64,000 bases of DNA from an uncultured Acidimicrobiaceae bacterium (lineage in GTDB: Bacteria > Actinomycetota > Acidimicrobiia > Acidimicrobiales > RAAP-2): assembly GCA_963721585.1 (NCBI GenBank), contig CAVRJN010000009.1:47900-111899 (forward strand), given 5' to 3'. Shown here piece by piece: positions 1 to 9,497 of this stretch (the first letter of the stretch is position 1; the number at the start of each line of letters is the position of its first letter). The position numbers and the translations under genes were made by a program. The notes under the pieces were generated by a model. It saw nothing but the letters and a program-made list of their open reading frames with translations. It was not told where the DNA came from and did not search any database.

Positions 1-28
1 ACCGTCATCGTGGAGCGATCTCGAGCAC

Positions 29-622
29 GTGGATTGGTATCTGACCCGGATCGGTAGCCTGCCGCCGCGCGTCGCAGGCGAGGACGTACTGACATCGGTG
101 CTGCCTGATTCACCATCCTCGGTACTCGACCTGGGTTGCGGCGACGGCAGGCTGGCCGCCCTCATACTCGAGCATCGTGCAAGTGTGCAGCGCGTCGTAG
201 GGGTGGATTCGTCGTCGGCGATGCTCGAACGCGCTCGAGATCGATTCACGGGTGACGAGAGGGTCCGTATCCGGGAGTGGGATTTGGGTGACCCATTGAC
301 ACCGCTTGGCACTTTCGATGTGGTGGTTGCTGGGTTCTCGATTCATCACCTTGAGGACGCGCGCAAACGTACCCTGTTCGGTGAGATTGCCGAACAGCTC
401 ACTGCCGACGGATTATTCGCGAATCTTGAGGTTGTCGCTTCCGCAACTCCTGAGCTTCATCGTCAGTTTCTCGAGTTGATCGGTCGAGCCCAAGACGACC
501 CCGAAGATCGGCTCTCTCCCATTGAAGACCAGCTTCTGTGGATGCGTGAAGCCGGGTTGGCGCAAGTGGACTGCCTCTGGCGATGGCGAGGTTTCGCTCT
601 GTTGGTAGGACATTCCGGATGA
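29..622 (+). CDS. class I SAM-dependent methyltransferase
   Basis: 197-aa ORF. SAM motif I VLDLGCGDGRL, then VGVDSSSAM and FDVVVAGFSIHH, the typical Rossmann methyltransferase layout. Confidence 0.8.
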   Translation: MDWYLTRIGSLPPRVAGEDVLTSVLPDSPSSVLDLGCGDGRLAALILEHRASVQRVVGVDSSSAMLERARDRFTGDERVRIREWDLGDPLTPLGTFDVVVAGFSIHHLEDARKRTLFGEIAEQLTADGLFANLEVVASATPELHRQFLELIGRAQDDPEDRLSPIEDQLLWMREAGLAQVDCLWRWRGFALLVGHSG

Positions 623-689
623 CGCCCCTAAGGAAAGGGTGCCCGCGTACGCCGGGATTGAGACAATCACAATGGTGTCAAGCCAACGG

Positions 690-1373
690 TCATCCGTCTG
701 CTCGGCGGCAGCTCAAATAGATCCGTTGAGTGTTGTGCTCGTGAGGTAGCGGGTCGCGATAGTGAACCTCTTCAATCACGAACGAGTAGCGATCTAGTAC
801 CTCGAGTAATTCGTCATCACGATAGAGGGTGCCTCCGACGGTCTCGATGTTGTGCCCCAAGAACTCGTTGCTGTACACCTCTCCTTCCCCTAAATGGGTA
901 GCGACGACGAACGAACCAAATTGCTTCAGGATTCGGTGGATCTCGGCAACCGCTGTCCGAAGCGCCGGTCTTGGAAGGTTATGGACCGAGTAGTACGCGA
1001 TGACGCACGAAAACGTTCCCGAATGGAAGGGCATCGAACGCATGTCGCCACACACCATGCGACCATTCCCGGTACGTCGGCGCGCCACCTGAAGCATCTG
1101 TCGCGACAGGTCCATTCCAACGACGAGCAGTCCGCGTTCGGCAAGGTACTGACCAACCTGGCCCGGACCGCAACCGAGATCGAGAACGGACCCTCCGACA
1201 GCGAAGGGCTGGACGACCGCGTCGAGGACCTGGCGATCTAGCGGGAGCTGGAGGAGATCATCGGCGAACGCGTCTGCATAATCCTCGGCGACAGTGTCAT
1301 AAGCAGTGCGCACCACCGAAGCATCGAAGGGCTCCATCACCGCAGTCTGTCCCTTGGTGTCCGCCCTGCCCAA
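690..1373 (-). CDS. class I SAM-dependent methyltransferase
   Basis: 227-aa ORF. Motif I VLDLGCGPGQVG, then VVGMDLS and FSCVIAYYSVHN. Confidence 0.8.
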   Translation of the reverse strand: MGRADTKGQTAVMEPFDASVVRTAYDTVAEDYADAFADDLLQLPLDRQVLDAVVQPFAVGGSVLDLGCGPGQVGQYLAERGLLVVGMDLSRQMLQVARRRTGNGRMVCGDMRSMPFHSGTFSCVIAYYSVHNLPRPALRTAVAEIHRILKQFGSFVVATHLGEGEVYSNEFLGHNIETVGGTLYRDDELLEVLDRYSFVIEEVHYRDPLPHEHNTQRIYLSCRRADG

Positions 1374-1839
1374 TGCGTCCCGAGGGGCCTACGCACGGCG
1401 GACCTGAGGCTGCCTGCGAGCACTTCGATCACCCTGAGCGACCGGGCCGCCTTCTCGGTGGCGGCTAGCCACCAGCAGGCCGCCCCTCGAGCGGGGCGCC
1501 CCGGCCGGGAATCGACCCGGGTGCACGGTCTTAGTCAAGGACCAGCAGAAATCCGGTCCCAGGGTGCTATCGAAGAACGGCTGCTCAGACCGTGCAGGCA
1601 GTTGGTATCCTCTCTGCATTCAAGGATCAGCAGCATCGCGCGAGGTGGCCTACGGGCCCCTTCTGCGCGCCAGGACCCCCGATGCATTCAGTGTTCGCGA
1701 CGGAGGCCTCTCCACCGCCCCTGTTCATTGATCGACGTCGCAGTTCGGGTGGTGGCCTGGAAGCAAGTGACGCGGAGGCGATACCGGGTGGCTAGAGGCT
1801 ACGTGGACCCGTACTCCGACCCCTTAAGATCGAACCTCG

Positions 1840-2865
1840 GTGACTCCGCACCCTGCATCCGTCGTTGTCGGCATTGACAATGGGGGGACGTCCAACAACG
1901 CGACCGTTCTCGAGGACTCGGGCCGGTTCCTGGTCGATGAGATGGTCGAGTCCCCAAGCCGGGTCAAAGAGGGCACCGAGGCAGCCCTGGACGCGCTCGA
2001 GGAGTCGTTAGCTCTGATCCTTGCTCTGACCGGGATCGAGCGCGCCCAGGTGCGCGCCGTCGGACTTGACAGCCCCGGCCCTGCGAGTGCCGAAGGCGTG
2101 ATCTCCCGGCGGGGTTCGACCAACTTCGGACATCCGAGTTGGAACGGGTTCGACCTCCGTGCTCATCTCGAGTACCGGCTAGGTCTCCCGGTCGTCTACA
2201 ACAACGACGGCAACGCGGCCGCCCTCTATGCCCATCGCCGGCATTTCGGTGTGGATGGCCTCTTGCGTTCGTCGGTCTCGGCCATCGTCGGTACGGGACT
2301 GGGCGGTGGGATCGTGCATTGGGGTCGTGTTGTCAAGGGGGCGACGGGGGCGGCAGGTGAACTTGGCCACGTGCACATTCCGATGGCGGGGCTCCTGGAG
2401 CCAGATCAGCCGATTCCAAGATGCAACTGCGGGTTCTCAGGAGATGCCGAAAGCGTCGCGTCACTCACGGGCATCGAGCTCAACCTCCTGCCGTACTGGT
2501 TGTCGCGCTACCCGGACCACGAGCTTGGATCGCTACCTCTTTCCGAGGCGGCTCGATCCGTGCGGGCCTACGGAGAGGCCGGGGACCCAATGGCAACCCG
2601 GATATTCGAGCAACAGGCAGCGGCGTTGGGTCGGCTTTTCACGATTGCCGCAAACTTCTTGGACCCCGATGCTTATTTCATCGGTGGTGGCGTCGTGGAG
2701 GCCGGGGGGGCATTTAAGGCGAGGTTCTTGCAGCACGTCCGCGACAACACGACCCTCCGCGAAGAGCAGGTAGCTGTGACTCGTTTCGCGCTCGTGCCCG
2801 AGCTCGACATGGCCGGCGCTCGCGGGGCCGCAATGGCGGCTCTCGACGCAATTCTGGAAGCCTGA
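1840..2865 (+). CDS. ROK family protein (sugar kinase-like)
   Basis: 341-aa ORF with GTG start. N-terminal VVGIDNGGTSNN actin-fold ATP motif, GAAGELGH, and a CNCG Cys motif. Length is typical of ROK kinases. Confidence 0.8.
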   Translation: MTPHPASVVVGIDNGGTSNNATVLEDSGRFLVDEMVESPSRVKEGTEAALDALEESLALILALTGIERAQVRAVGLDSPGPASAEGVISRRGSTNFGHPSWNGFDLRAHLEYRLGLPVVYNNDGNAAALYAHRRHFGVDGLLRSSVSAIVGTGLGGGIVHWGRVVKGATGAAGELGHVHIPMAGLLEPDQPIPRCNCGFSGDAESVASLTGIELNLLPYWLSRYPDHELGSLPLSEAARSVRAYGEAGDPMATRIFEQQAAALGRLFTIAANFLDPDAYFIGGGVVEAGGAFKARFLQHVRDNTTLREEQVAVTRFALVPELDMAGARGAAMAALDAILEA

Positions 2866-2928
2866 ACGCCCGATGATTCCAGCCACCACGAAGGTACCTG
2901 CGCACACCTGAGTTCGGCCTTCGTCGCT

Positions 2929-3462
2929 CTACAGACCACTCCTGGGCGGCTTGGTGGTCCCACGCAGAGACGAAGGCGAGCCCTGGTTCGATGCGTACTG
3001 GGTCATGCCATCAGCAGCAACCTCTGGGGCGAGTTCGTATGGCTCTGCAATAGCCACGGCAGCATCGGCCCAGTGGACCATCGTCTCGTGAAGGAGGCGG
3101 CGAATCCACCACCGCGCCGGGCGTGGGCCAAAGAACGTGGCGACGATCGCCTCGGGGCCACCCACCTGCGCCACGGCATGAAGGAGGACTTCGGGGCAGG
3201 CATGGCGCCATGCCCTAGCGCCATTAGCGTCATCGGATGGTCTTCCGTCTGGTACGGAGCCTGGGTCAAGGGTCACATCCCCTCCGGTCCTCGTGATCTG
3301 AGCCCCCCATCGGTGAGCCCGACCGACGTGGCGTACGAGATGTCGAAGAGTCCAGCTCGGGCAGGTGGGGATCGGGGTTTCAGACTCGGCCGAGAGCACC
3401 ATCTCAGTGAACAAGCGATTCTGCTCGATCAGAGCGGCCGAGTAGTCCACATCGTCCTCCAT
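2929..3462 (-). CDS. mycothiol-dependent maleylpyruvate isomerase family (DinB-like, TIGR03083-type) protein, possibly short
   Basis: Start chosen at internal ATG (MEDDVDYSAALIEQNRLF...) because the upstream part of ORF 2929..3618 is Arg/Ser junk. Motif PTCPSWTLRHLVRHVGRAHRW is typical of the N-terminal DinB-like domain. Confidence 0.6.
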   Translation of the reverse strand: MEDDVDYSAALIEQNRLFTEMVLSAESETPIPTCPSWTLRHLVRHVGRAHRWGAQITRTGGDVTLDPGSVPDGRPSDDANGARAWRHACPEVLLHAVAQVGGPEAIVATFFGPRPARWWIRRLLHETMVHWADAAVAIAEPYELAPEVAADGMTQYASNQGSPSSLRGTTKPPRSGL

Positions 3463-3503
3463 TTTGAATTGGACCGAACGTGTCCCAGCTCGCCAGGTAG
3501 ATG

Positions 3504-4151
3504 TCACACACTGAGCGCCATGAGGTCCGGCCAGAGCTCCTGTATCGCGTCGAAGACGGATGCGTCTTGATTGCCGATCTGCCGAAGGCGATGACGATCG
3601 GCAATCGTGTTGGCGCACTCGAGCGTCGAAGGCGTGAGACGTCTATGCGCATCAATGACATTGGGCGGGGCCGGATACGCAACCAGCCAGGCCAGGTGCA
3701 AGACATGGCAGAAGGCGCCGATCGGTCCACCGAGTCTGATTCGGTCAGGTAAACGCTCGGCCGTGAATGGATAGCCCCTCATCCAGTCGTGGAGGCCATC
3801 GAAGAATGGATCAGCGGCTGCAAAATGCACCTCTGGGACCCGATAGAACGCAATCGTCGCCGCGCACATGATGCAGGGTTCGAAAGTGGTGTACAGCGAA
3901 CCTGTGACACGGGTGCCAAAAGGCACCTGGGACAAGGCGTCCATCTCGGCGTGCGCCATGATCGTTCCCGATAAGTGAGAACCTGATTGTTCAGTTGTCC
4001 TGTTCCGACCCCTCGCAATCACTGATCCGGTCTCATCGACAAGGACCGCTCCGACCCCAGCTGAGCCTGCGGCCCATGAGCTCCACGCTTCCTCAATGGC
4101 GATCCGCCACGTCGAACCGACGGATTCCCAGGCTGACCGGGCGGAGTCCAC
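3504..4151 (-). CDS. zinc-dependent nucleoside/nucleotide deaminase family protein with C-terminal extension
   Basis: HAEMDAL and PCIMCAATI form the HAE...PCxxC cytidine/tRNA-adenosine deaminase signature. About 90 extra C-terminal residues have no motif I recognise. Confidence 0.75.
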   Translation of the reverse strand: MDSARSAWESVGSTWRIAIEEAWSSWAAGSAGVGAVLVDETGSVIARGRNRTTEQSGSHLSGTIMAHAEMDALSQVPFGTRVTGSLYTTFEPCIMCAATIAFYRVPEVHFAAADPFFDGLHDWMRGYPFTAERLPDRIRLGGPIGAFCHVLHLAWLVAYPAPPNVIDAHRRLTPSTLECANTIADRHRLRQIGNQDASVFDAIQELWPDLMALSV

Positions 4152-4242
4152 GGAGCCGATGGTAGGTGTTGATGGAGCGGCCTGCGTGCCCCCGCACGCT
4201 GGATCAGCGGCGCTTCATCGCCTATGACATGCTGGCCGCAGT

Positions 4243-4974
4243 ATGGGTTCGATCGTATGGGACCGAGAAACCGCCGAGGTCTATGACGCGACCTACGCCT
4301 ACGAGTCCGTTCCATCGGTTGTCGACCCCATGGTGGACTTCCTGGTGGAATTCGCGGGCGGCAGCCCCGTACTTGAATTCGCCGTTGGTACTGGGCGCAT
4401 CGCCCTCCCCTTGAGTGCCCGCGGTGTACCGGTGTGTGGGATCGAGCTATCTCCGCACATGGTCGAGCAGCTTCAGAGAAAACCGGGCGCTGATGCGATC
4501 ACGGTGGTCATCGGCGATATGGCCAAAGAACGCCTGCCAGGCAGTTTCGATCTGGTCTACGTGGTGGCCAACTCGATCATGAACCTCACCACCCAAGAGG
4601 AACAGGTGGGGGTGTTTGCGAACGCAGCGGCGCATCTCGCTCCGGGTGGCCATTTCGTGGTCGAACTGATCGTCCCCCAGCTCCGCCGAGCGCCGCCCTC
4701 TGAGCTCGGCCGGATCTTCAAGATGGAACCAAACCATGTGGGGATTGAGACCTTTGATGATGTCGTGAACCAGGTGGCCTGGTCCCATCACTGGAAGGTG
4801 GTCGACGGCCGCTTCGTCCATCATTCTGCGCCGTACCGATACATCTGGCCCTCGGAGCTGGTGCTCATGGCGAAGATGGCGGGCATGGACCTTGAGGACC
4901 GGTGGGGAGGCTGGGACCGATCCGCGTTCACGTCGGACAGCGTGAAGCAGGTCGCGCTCTTCGCAATGCCGTAA
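4243..4974 (+). CDS. class I SAM-dependent methyltransferase
   Basis: 243-aa ORF. Motif I VLEFAVGTGRIALPL, then VCGIELSPHM and FDLVYVVANSIMNL. Confidence 0.8.
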   Translation: MGSIVWDRETAEVYDATYAYESVPSVVDPMVDFLVEFAGGSPVLEFAVGTGRIALPLSARGVPVCGIELSPHMVEQLQRKPGADAITVVIGDMAKERLPGSFDLVYVVANSIMNLTTQEEQVGVFANAAAHLAPGGHFVVELIVPQLRRAPPSELGRIFKMEPNHVGIETFDDVVNQVAWSHHWKVVDGRFVHHSAPYRYIWPSELVLMAKMAGMDLEDRWGGWDRSAFTSDSVKQVALFAMP

Positions 4975-5110
4975 GGAGGTATCCAAAGATCTCCTGAGGC
5001 TGGCAATTCATCCTCGGGTAAAAAGAGGTGACCCAAACGCCGGAGCGCGGATCCCAGAACGAAGGATGACCGCGACTTCGCACGATAGTAGCGGCCCCGC
5101 CAGTCAAAGA

Positions 5111-5141
5111 CGACCCTCATCCGACCCTCATCCGACCCTCA
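5111..5141. repeat. 11-nt tandem repeat, about 2.8 copies (cgaccctcatc)
   Basis: Read directly: cgaccctcatc cgaccctcatc cgaccctca. Lies in the 430-bp non-coding gap between 4974 and 5408. Confidence 0.9.
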
Positions 5142-5224
5142 GGCGAGGGTCGCAGTTAGTCGATGCGAACGTAGCAATGCTGCCGGCCGTCGGTCATCAC
5201 AACTTACAGTTCATTCGCATCCTC

Positions 5225-5270
5225 CTTGATTGGCTGTTCCTGTCCGTCTTGATTGGCTGTTCCTGTCCGT
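5225..5270. repeat. perfect 23-nt tandem duplication (cttgattggctgttcctgtccgt x2)
   Basis: Read directly: 5225-5247 is identical to 5248-5270. Intergenic. Confidence 0.95.
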
Positions 5271-5407
5271 CCATGGGGCCGAGCGTGAATCCAGCGACCG
5301 CAGCGGCTCCATCTGCGAAAGATTTCGACATCCCCGACAGAGCTTCAGAAGAGAGACAGGACTCGTCGCAAGGAAAGAGCGACCCTGTTCGCCGAAGGGA
5401 CTTCGGA

Positions 5408-6010
5408 CTATGTATTCGGGCTCCAGTTTGAGTCACGGCCCAGCCGGGCGAGCAATTTGGACTGTACGTCCGATTCGGTTGCCACCGGTCGACTGCTGGC
5501 GTACATACCAGTTCTCGGCAGGAATTCGTCGTCAGGGGGCAAGCGTTCCAAGAAGGTGCTGCACAGATCCGCATCGAAGATGACGTCGTGACCGGCAGCC
5601 CGACCGAGGTCCCAGGTGTGGATGAGGACTTCGAGGCTCAGAGACGGGACGAGTCGAGCAGCGTCAATCTGGGACGGCGGATTGTTTCCCACCGCAGGAA
5701 CGTCGACGACGCCGTCGAAGAGACCCGGTCGGTACAGCAGTTGATCGAGTGCGAAATAAGTGGCTGTCCACCGGCCCACGGGATCCTTCGGCCGTTGTGG
5801 CTTAGCCTCCAGCGGCCGAAGTAAGAGCACATCATGGAAGCCAATGACATGCTCAAGAACACCTCTGGCGTCCCACTCACTGCACGGGGACGGCGCGTGC
5901 CAGTGATCACCGACAGCCCGGACCTGCTCCCCGAACGTTACACAGACCCTTCGATGGCGGTTTGCCACTTCGCCAAAGTCGTCCAGCACTGAACTCTCCG
6001 CATCCATCAT
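5408..6010 (-). CDS. TIGR03086-type mycothiol/DinB-like family protein
   Basis: 200-aa ORF. PSPCSEWDARGVLEHVIGFHDVLL is characteristic of the actinobacterial TIGR03086/maleylpyruvate-isomerase N-terminal fold. Confidence 0.7.
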   Translation of the reverse strand: MMDAESSVLDDFGEVANRHRRVCVTFGEQVRAVGDHWHAPSPCSEWDARGVLEHVIGFHDVLLLRPLEAKPQRPKDPVGRWTATYFALDQLLYRPGLFDGVVDVPAVGNNPPSQIDAARLVPSLSLEVLIHTWDLGRAAGHDVIFDADLCSTFLERLPPDDEFLPRTGMYASSRPVATESDVQSKLLARLGRDSNWSPNT

Positions 6011-6110
6011 TTCATTCTCGTCCGGTCAATGCGGGTCCCCCGATACGGCGGGACCGCCACGGTTACAGCCGACCAGCTGCTGACTCGCTCATGCGCCGAT
6101 CCTGAAGCCA

Positions 6111-7202
6111 TCAAGCAGCCACCTCACCGACCACGACAGAGACATTGTCGCGGCCCCCATGGGCAATGGCGCCGTCGATCAGATTGTCAACCATGTCGGT
6201 CACGTCTCCGCCTGACGCAATGACATTGGCGATTTCCTCGCGGGAGAGCTCGTTGAATAGGCCGTCGGTACAAACGACGAGTCGATCTCCTGCTTCGACG
6301 GCCAGTGTTCTGCTATCGATTTCGACGTCGGACCCGACGCCCAGAGCTCGGGTGAGAACCCCGTAATGGGGGTGCTCAGTTGCATCCTCTTCTCGTAGCT
6401 CGCCACGCTGGATGAGTTCGGCCGTGACGCTGTGGTCCTGGGTCAGTTGGGTCAGAGTGTCGTCGTGCCAGAGGTAGGCCCGGCTGTCGCCCACATTGAC
6501 GAGCGCAAGGCGTCCGTCCGCGAGGAGTCCTGCGACACAGATCGTAGTGCCCATGCCCTCGAGCCCCGGCTGGGCCAACGCCCGCTCTCGGATCGCCCAG
6601 TTCGCCGCACGTAGCGCGGCTTGGAGCTCGACTGCTGATCGGCCAGTGAAGACCGCAGGGATCACACTCGCGGCCGCATTCGCTGCGATCTCGCCGCCGG
6701 GATGGCCGCCCATTCCGTCGGCGACGAGCGCAAGTCGCTCATTGGTCACGATGGCGTCTTCGTTGTTCTCGCGTAACTGGCCGACGTCGCTGCGTCCTGC
6801 GCTTCGCAGAGTGATCATGAACTTCTCCTTGGAGTCTGAGTCAACAGTCGGGATACGTGTGTCCTGGCTCACCGTAAAGAGGTGGCGTGCAAGGGTGAGG
6901 GCACTTTGGCGGTGATCCGCGTTGGTGTGGAGCTGTCTCTCCCAGGCATCGAGCCGCTCCCGGGATGGTCGACGCATGAAGTCGCGAATGTCTGCGAGCG
7001 GCACGTCGGCTTGTCGTAGGGCATCAAGCCCTTGGGCATCGGCCAGCTGCCCTGGCGAGTAATAGCGGTATCCCGAAACCGGGTCCACCGCGGCAGGGGC
7101 GAGTAGACCTTCGGCGGCGTACGTCCTGAGCCGTTTTGCTGAGAGACCCGAGCGCTCGGAGAACTCACCTATTGCCATAAGATTGTCCACAAACTGAAGC
7201 AT
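6111..7202 (-). CDS. MerR-family HTH fused to PP2C-type Ser/Thr phosphatase
   Basis: N-terminus MAIGEFSERSGLSAKRLRTYAAEGLL is a MerR HTH, so the true start may be the ATG at 7178. The C-terminal 240 aa carry PP2C motifs RENNEDA, LALVADGMGGHPGGEIAA, VNVGDSRAYL, VVCTDGL and GGRDNVSVVV. Confidence 0.8.
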   Translation of the reverse strand: MLQFVDNLMAIGEFSERSGLSAKRLRTYAAEGLLAPAAVDPVSGYRYYSPGQLADAQGLDALRQADVPLADIRDFMRRPSRERLDAWERQLHTNADHRQSALTLARHLFTVSQDTRIPTVDSDSKEKFMITLRSAGRSDVGQLRENNEDAIVTNERLALVADGMGGHPGGEIAANAAASVIPAVFTGRSAVELQAALRAANWAIRERALAQPGLEGMGTTICVAGLLADGRLALVNVGDSRAYLWHDDTLTQLTQDHSVTAELIQRGELREEDATEHPHYGVLTRALGVGSDVEIDSRTLAVEAGDRLVVCTDGLFNELSREEIANVIASGGDVTDMVDNLIDGAIAHGGRDNVSVVVGEVAA

Positions 7203-7289
7203 GACCCCTCACCGAGGGTCAGAGTCAAGTGGGTCGATTGGACTTGCTACTTGCCCTAGTACATGGAGCAGCGCGGCTCGACGCACGAC

Positions 7290-8975
7290 TCAACCGGCGT
7301 CGGCGGAGCGCACGAGCAACGTGGCTCCGCACCCTGGCGCATGGATGGTCCGGACCGGAACCCAGCCGCCGCGGATCAACTCCTTGTAACTCGAGGTGAA
7401 CCCTTGCAGGTTCAACCCCTCCTTCGTCCAGACGTACCAGAGGCGATGGTAAGCCGCCGTATCATCGACCCACCGAGCCAACCTATTGCTCCCCGCGTTG
7501 TCGCCGGGCGCGATGAAGACGTTCGGGTCGGTACTCACCGGGGCGAAACCTGTAAGCCATTGCGACCCAAACTCGATCCGGAGAGGGTTGTCCTCATAGT
7601 ATGCCCACGGATAAACCGCCCATTCGTTCACGAAAACGTGGTCGCCTGGTTGTTCGACGTGGTGGAGCTTGGTAGCGAGTACCGGAACGTCGACGCTGGG
7701 ATAGGCAGTGGCCTGACGGATGACATGTTGAATGAACAGCCCCGCCGCCAGAAGCGACACCAACCCGAGGGCCGACATCGCCACCGGGCCCACCCACGCG
7801 GTGGACATTCGCTTCAACGCAGAGTTCAACTCTGCGAGCAGTTGGTTGGCACCGGAGGCCAAGAGCAGGAGCAGCGGCGGGTAGAGGTACTCGTCGGTAC
7901 GACCAGTACCCAGCGGGGCCAGCCGTGCTGCACTGGCCAAGAAGGCGACCAGCACCGCGATGGCAGGACCGAGCATGGAGCGATCGCGGCGCAGTGCCAC
8001 CACTGACAGCGACGCCCACACGAGGACGAGGAGAAGCCCGAACCCCGAAATGCCGTATACGCCGTTGGGCTCGCGCACGAGGTGAACGAGAAGTCTGGTC
8101 GCCGAGCGGACCGACGACGTGAGGAAGGTGTCAAGTGACGAGTGTTGGATGAAGTAACCCGTCCAAAAGGTGGTGAGGGCCGGCGAGATGTGGGAATAGA
8201 AGACGGCGGCGATCGTGCCGCAGACGGCCGCCGCCGCCGCTGCCGCTGCCAGCACGCGCCGAAGGGCAGGACGGTCGGGCACAGCAACGATGGCCAGGGC
8301 CGCCCAGAGGCCGAGGATCAACACCGCGACGGATGCCGACATGAAGAAGGCACCGGCCGAGGCCACCACGAACGCGAGCAACGGTCCCCGCACGGGTCGT
8401 CGCCGGGCCGCCTCGGCCAGAGCAAGCAGGAGGCACGAAAGGAGGAAGTCGAACGGGTACTCCTTGACCCGGGTCGAATACTCCACGCAGATGAGGCTGG
8501 CGCACACCAGCACGGTTACCCCGAGCGCCACACAGCGACCGAGCTTGAAATAGCGGGCGAGAAAGAAGATCGCGGGCACGGCGGCAACGCCACAGACGAA
8601 ATCCGGAAGTTGGAACCACCACGTAGTGCGGGGTCCAAGGATCATCCACGTGCGTTCGACTACTCCGGCCCCGGGTGCAGTCACCCACATGTGCCAGGCC
8701 GTGCCGAGACCGACCCTGGACGACAGCGCTGTCCAGGCGTCGTCCATGTATAGGCCGGTGCTGGCGAAGCCTCTGGCTCGGATGATCGCGCCAAAGATCG
8801 TCAGGATCAGCAGGACTGCGATTGTCCACGCCTCCCATTGCCTGTCACGAGAAGCAGTACCAAGGATCCCGGTGGGCTGCACCTCGGCGGCTGCCCCCGA
8901 AGTGGGCCCGCTAGGTGGCGTACCGTCGAATCCTCCCTCGACGGTAGCTCCGACGTCTGATCGCGATTCAGTCAC
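7290..8975 (-). CDS. polytopic membrane protein, possible GT-C-fold glycosyltransferase
   Basis: 561-aa ORF with many hydrophobic segments. Acidic YMDDAW motif just after the first TM helix. Soluble C-terminal about 130 aa. Confidence 0.55.
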   Translation of the reverse strand: MTESRSDVGATVEGGFDGTPPSGPTSGAAAEVQPTGILGTASRDRQWEAWTIAVLLILTIFGAIIRARGFASTGLYMDDAWTALSSRVGLGTAWHMWVTAPGAGVVERTWMILGPRTTWWFQLPDFVCGVAAVPAIFFLARYFKLGRCVALGVTVLVCASLICVEYSTRVKEYPFDFLLSCLLLALAEAARRRPVRGPLLAFVVASAGAFFMSASVAVLILGLWAALAIVAVPDRPALRRVLAAAAAAAAVCGTIAAVFYSHISPALTTFWTGYFIQHSSLDTFLTSSVRSATRLLVHLVREPNGVYGISGFGLLLVLVWASLSVVALRRDRSMLGPAIAVLVAFLASAARLAPLGTGRTDEYLYPPLLLLLASGANQLLAELNSALKRMSTAWVGPVAMSALGLVSLLAAGLFIQHVIRQATAYPSVDVPVLATKLHHVEQPGDHVFVNEWAVYPWAYYEDNPLRIEFGSQWLTGFAPVSTDPNVFIAPGDNAGSNRLARWVDDTAAYHRLWYVWTKEGLNLQGFTSSYKELIRGGWVPVRTIHAPGCGATLLVRSADAG

Positions 8976-9497
8976 GTTGGTACATCCAAGGTTACAGCAG
9001 CACCGAAATCAAGCGATGGGGTACATGTAGGCCCGCCCTGACGATTCGGGTTCGATGCGTCGTTAGCTTGTGATCATGCAATCTTCATCAAGAAAACCAG
9101 TGGCACGGAGTGACCGATATCCTGCGCACAACGCCGGAGTGGTCCTCTGCTTGACCGATCCGGCCATCTCGTAGAACGTACTACCAACCCTATCCCCAAG
9201 GTGCCTGCTTGAGACTGCCTCAGACGCTGAGGTTCGTCCGTAGCGTTTAGAGGTCCCTGTCGAGATCGCTCTAGTAGTGCCTGCCGCCGGTCCGTCCCGG
9301 GTGGCTTTCGTTCGAAGAGCGTCCCGCCGGGGCTTCGCCGTGGAGTGGCTCAAGAGAGTATCGAGCACTGACAGTCCACAAGCGGAAGTCCCCTCCGTGG
9401 TTCCATCACACACGGCGGTGGCCCGACCCGGCATGCATAGAGGTTGCACTAGACAACCTGACCGGACCCGTAGGAAAAGGCGGGAGCCAGGCGCGGT

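Noticed and set aside
1389-1839. Riboswitch or leader upstream of the ROK gene
   Set aside because: The gap is 450 bp, but I recognise no conserved riboswitch core. The ORFs in the track there are Arg/Pro-rich shadows.
8976-9497. 128-aa ORF 9063..9449 and possible RNA gene in the 520-bp gap
   Set aside because: The ORF has no start context or motif and has odd composition. I could not fold a tRNA or recognise any known RNA. It is left unannotated as non-coding or decayed DNA.
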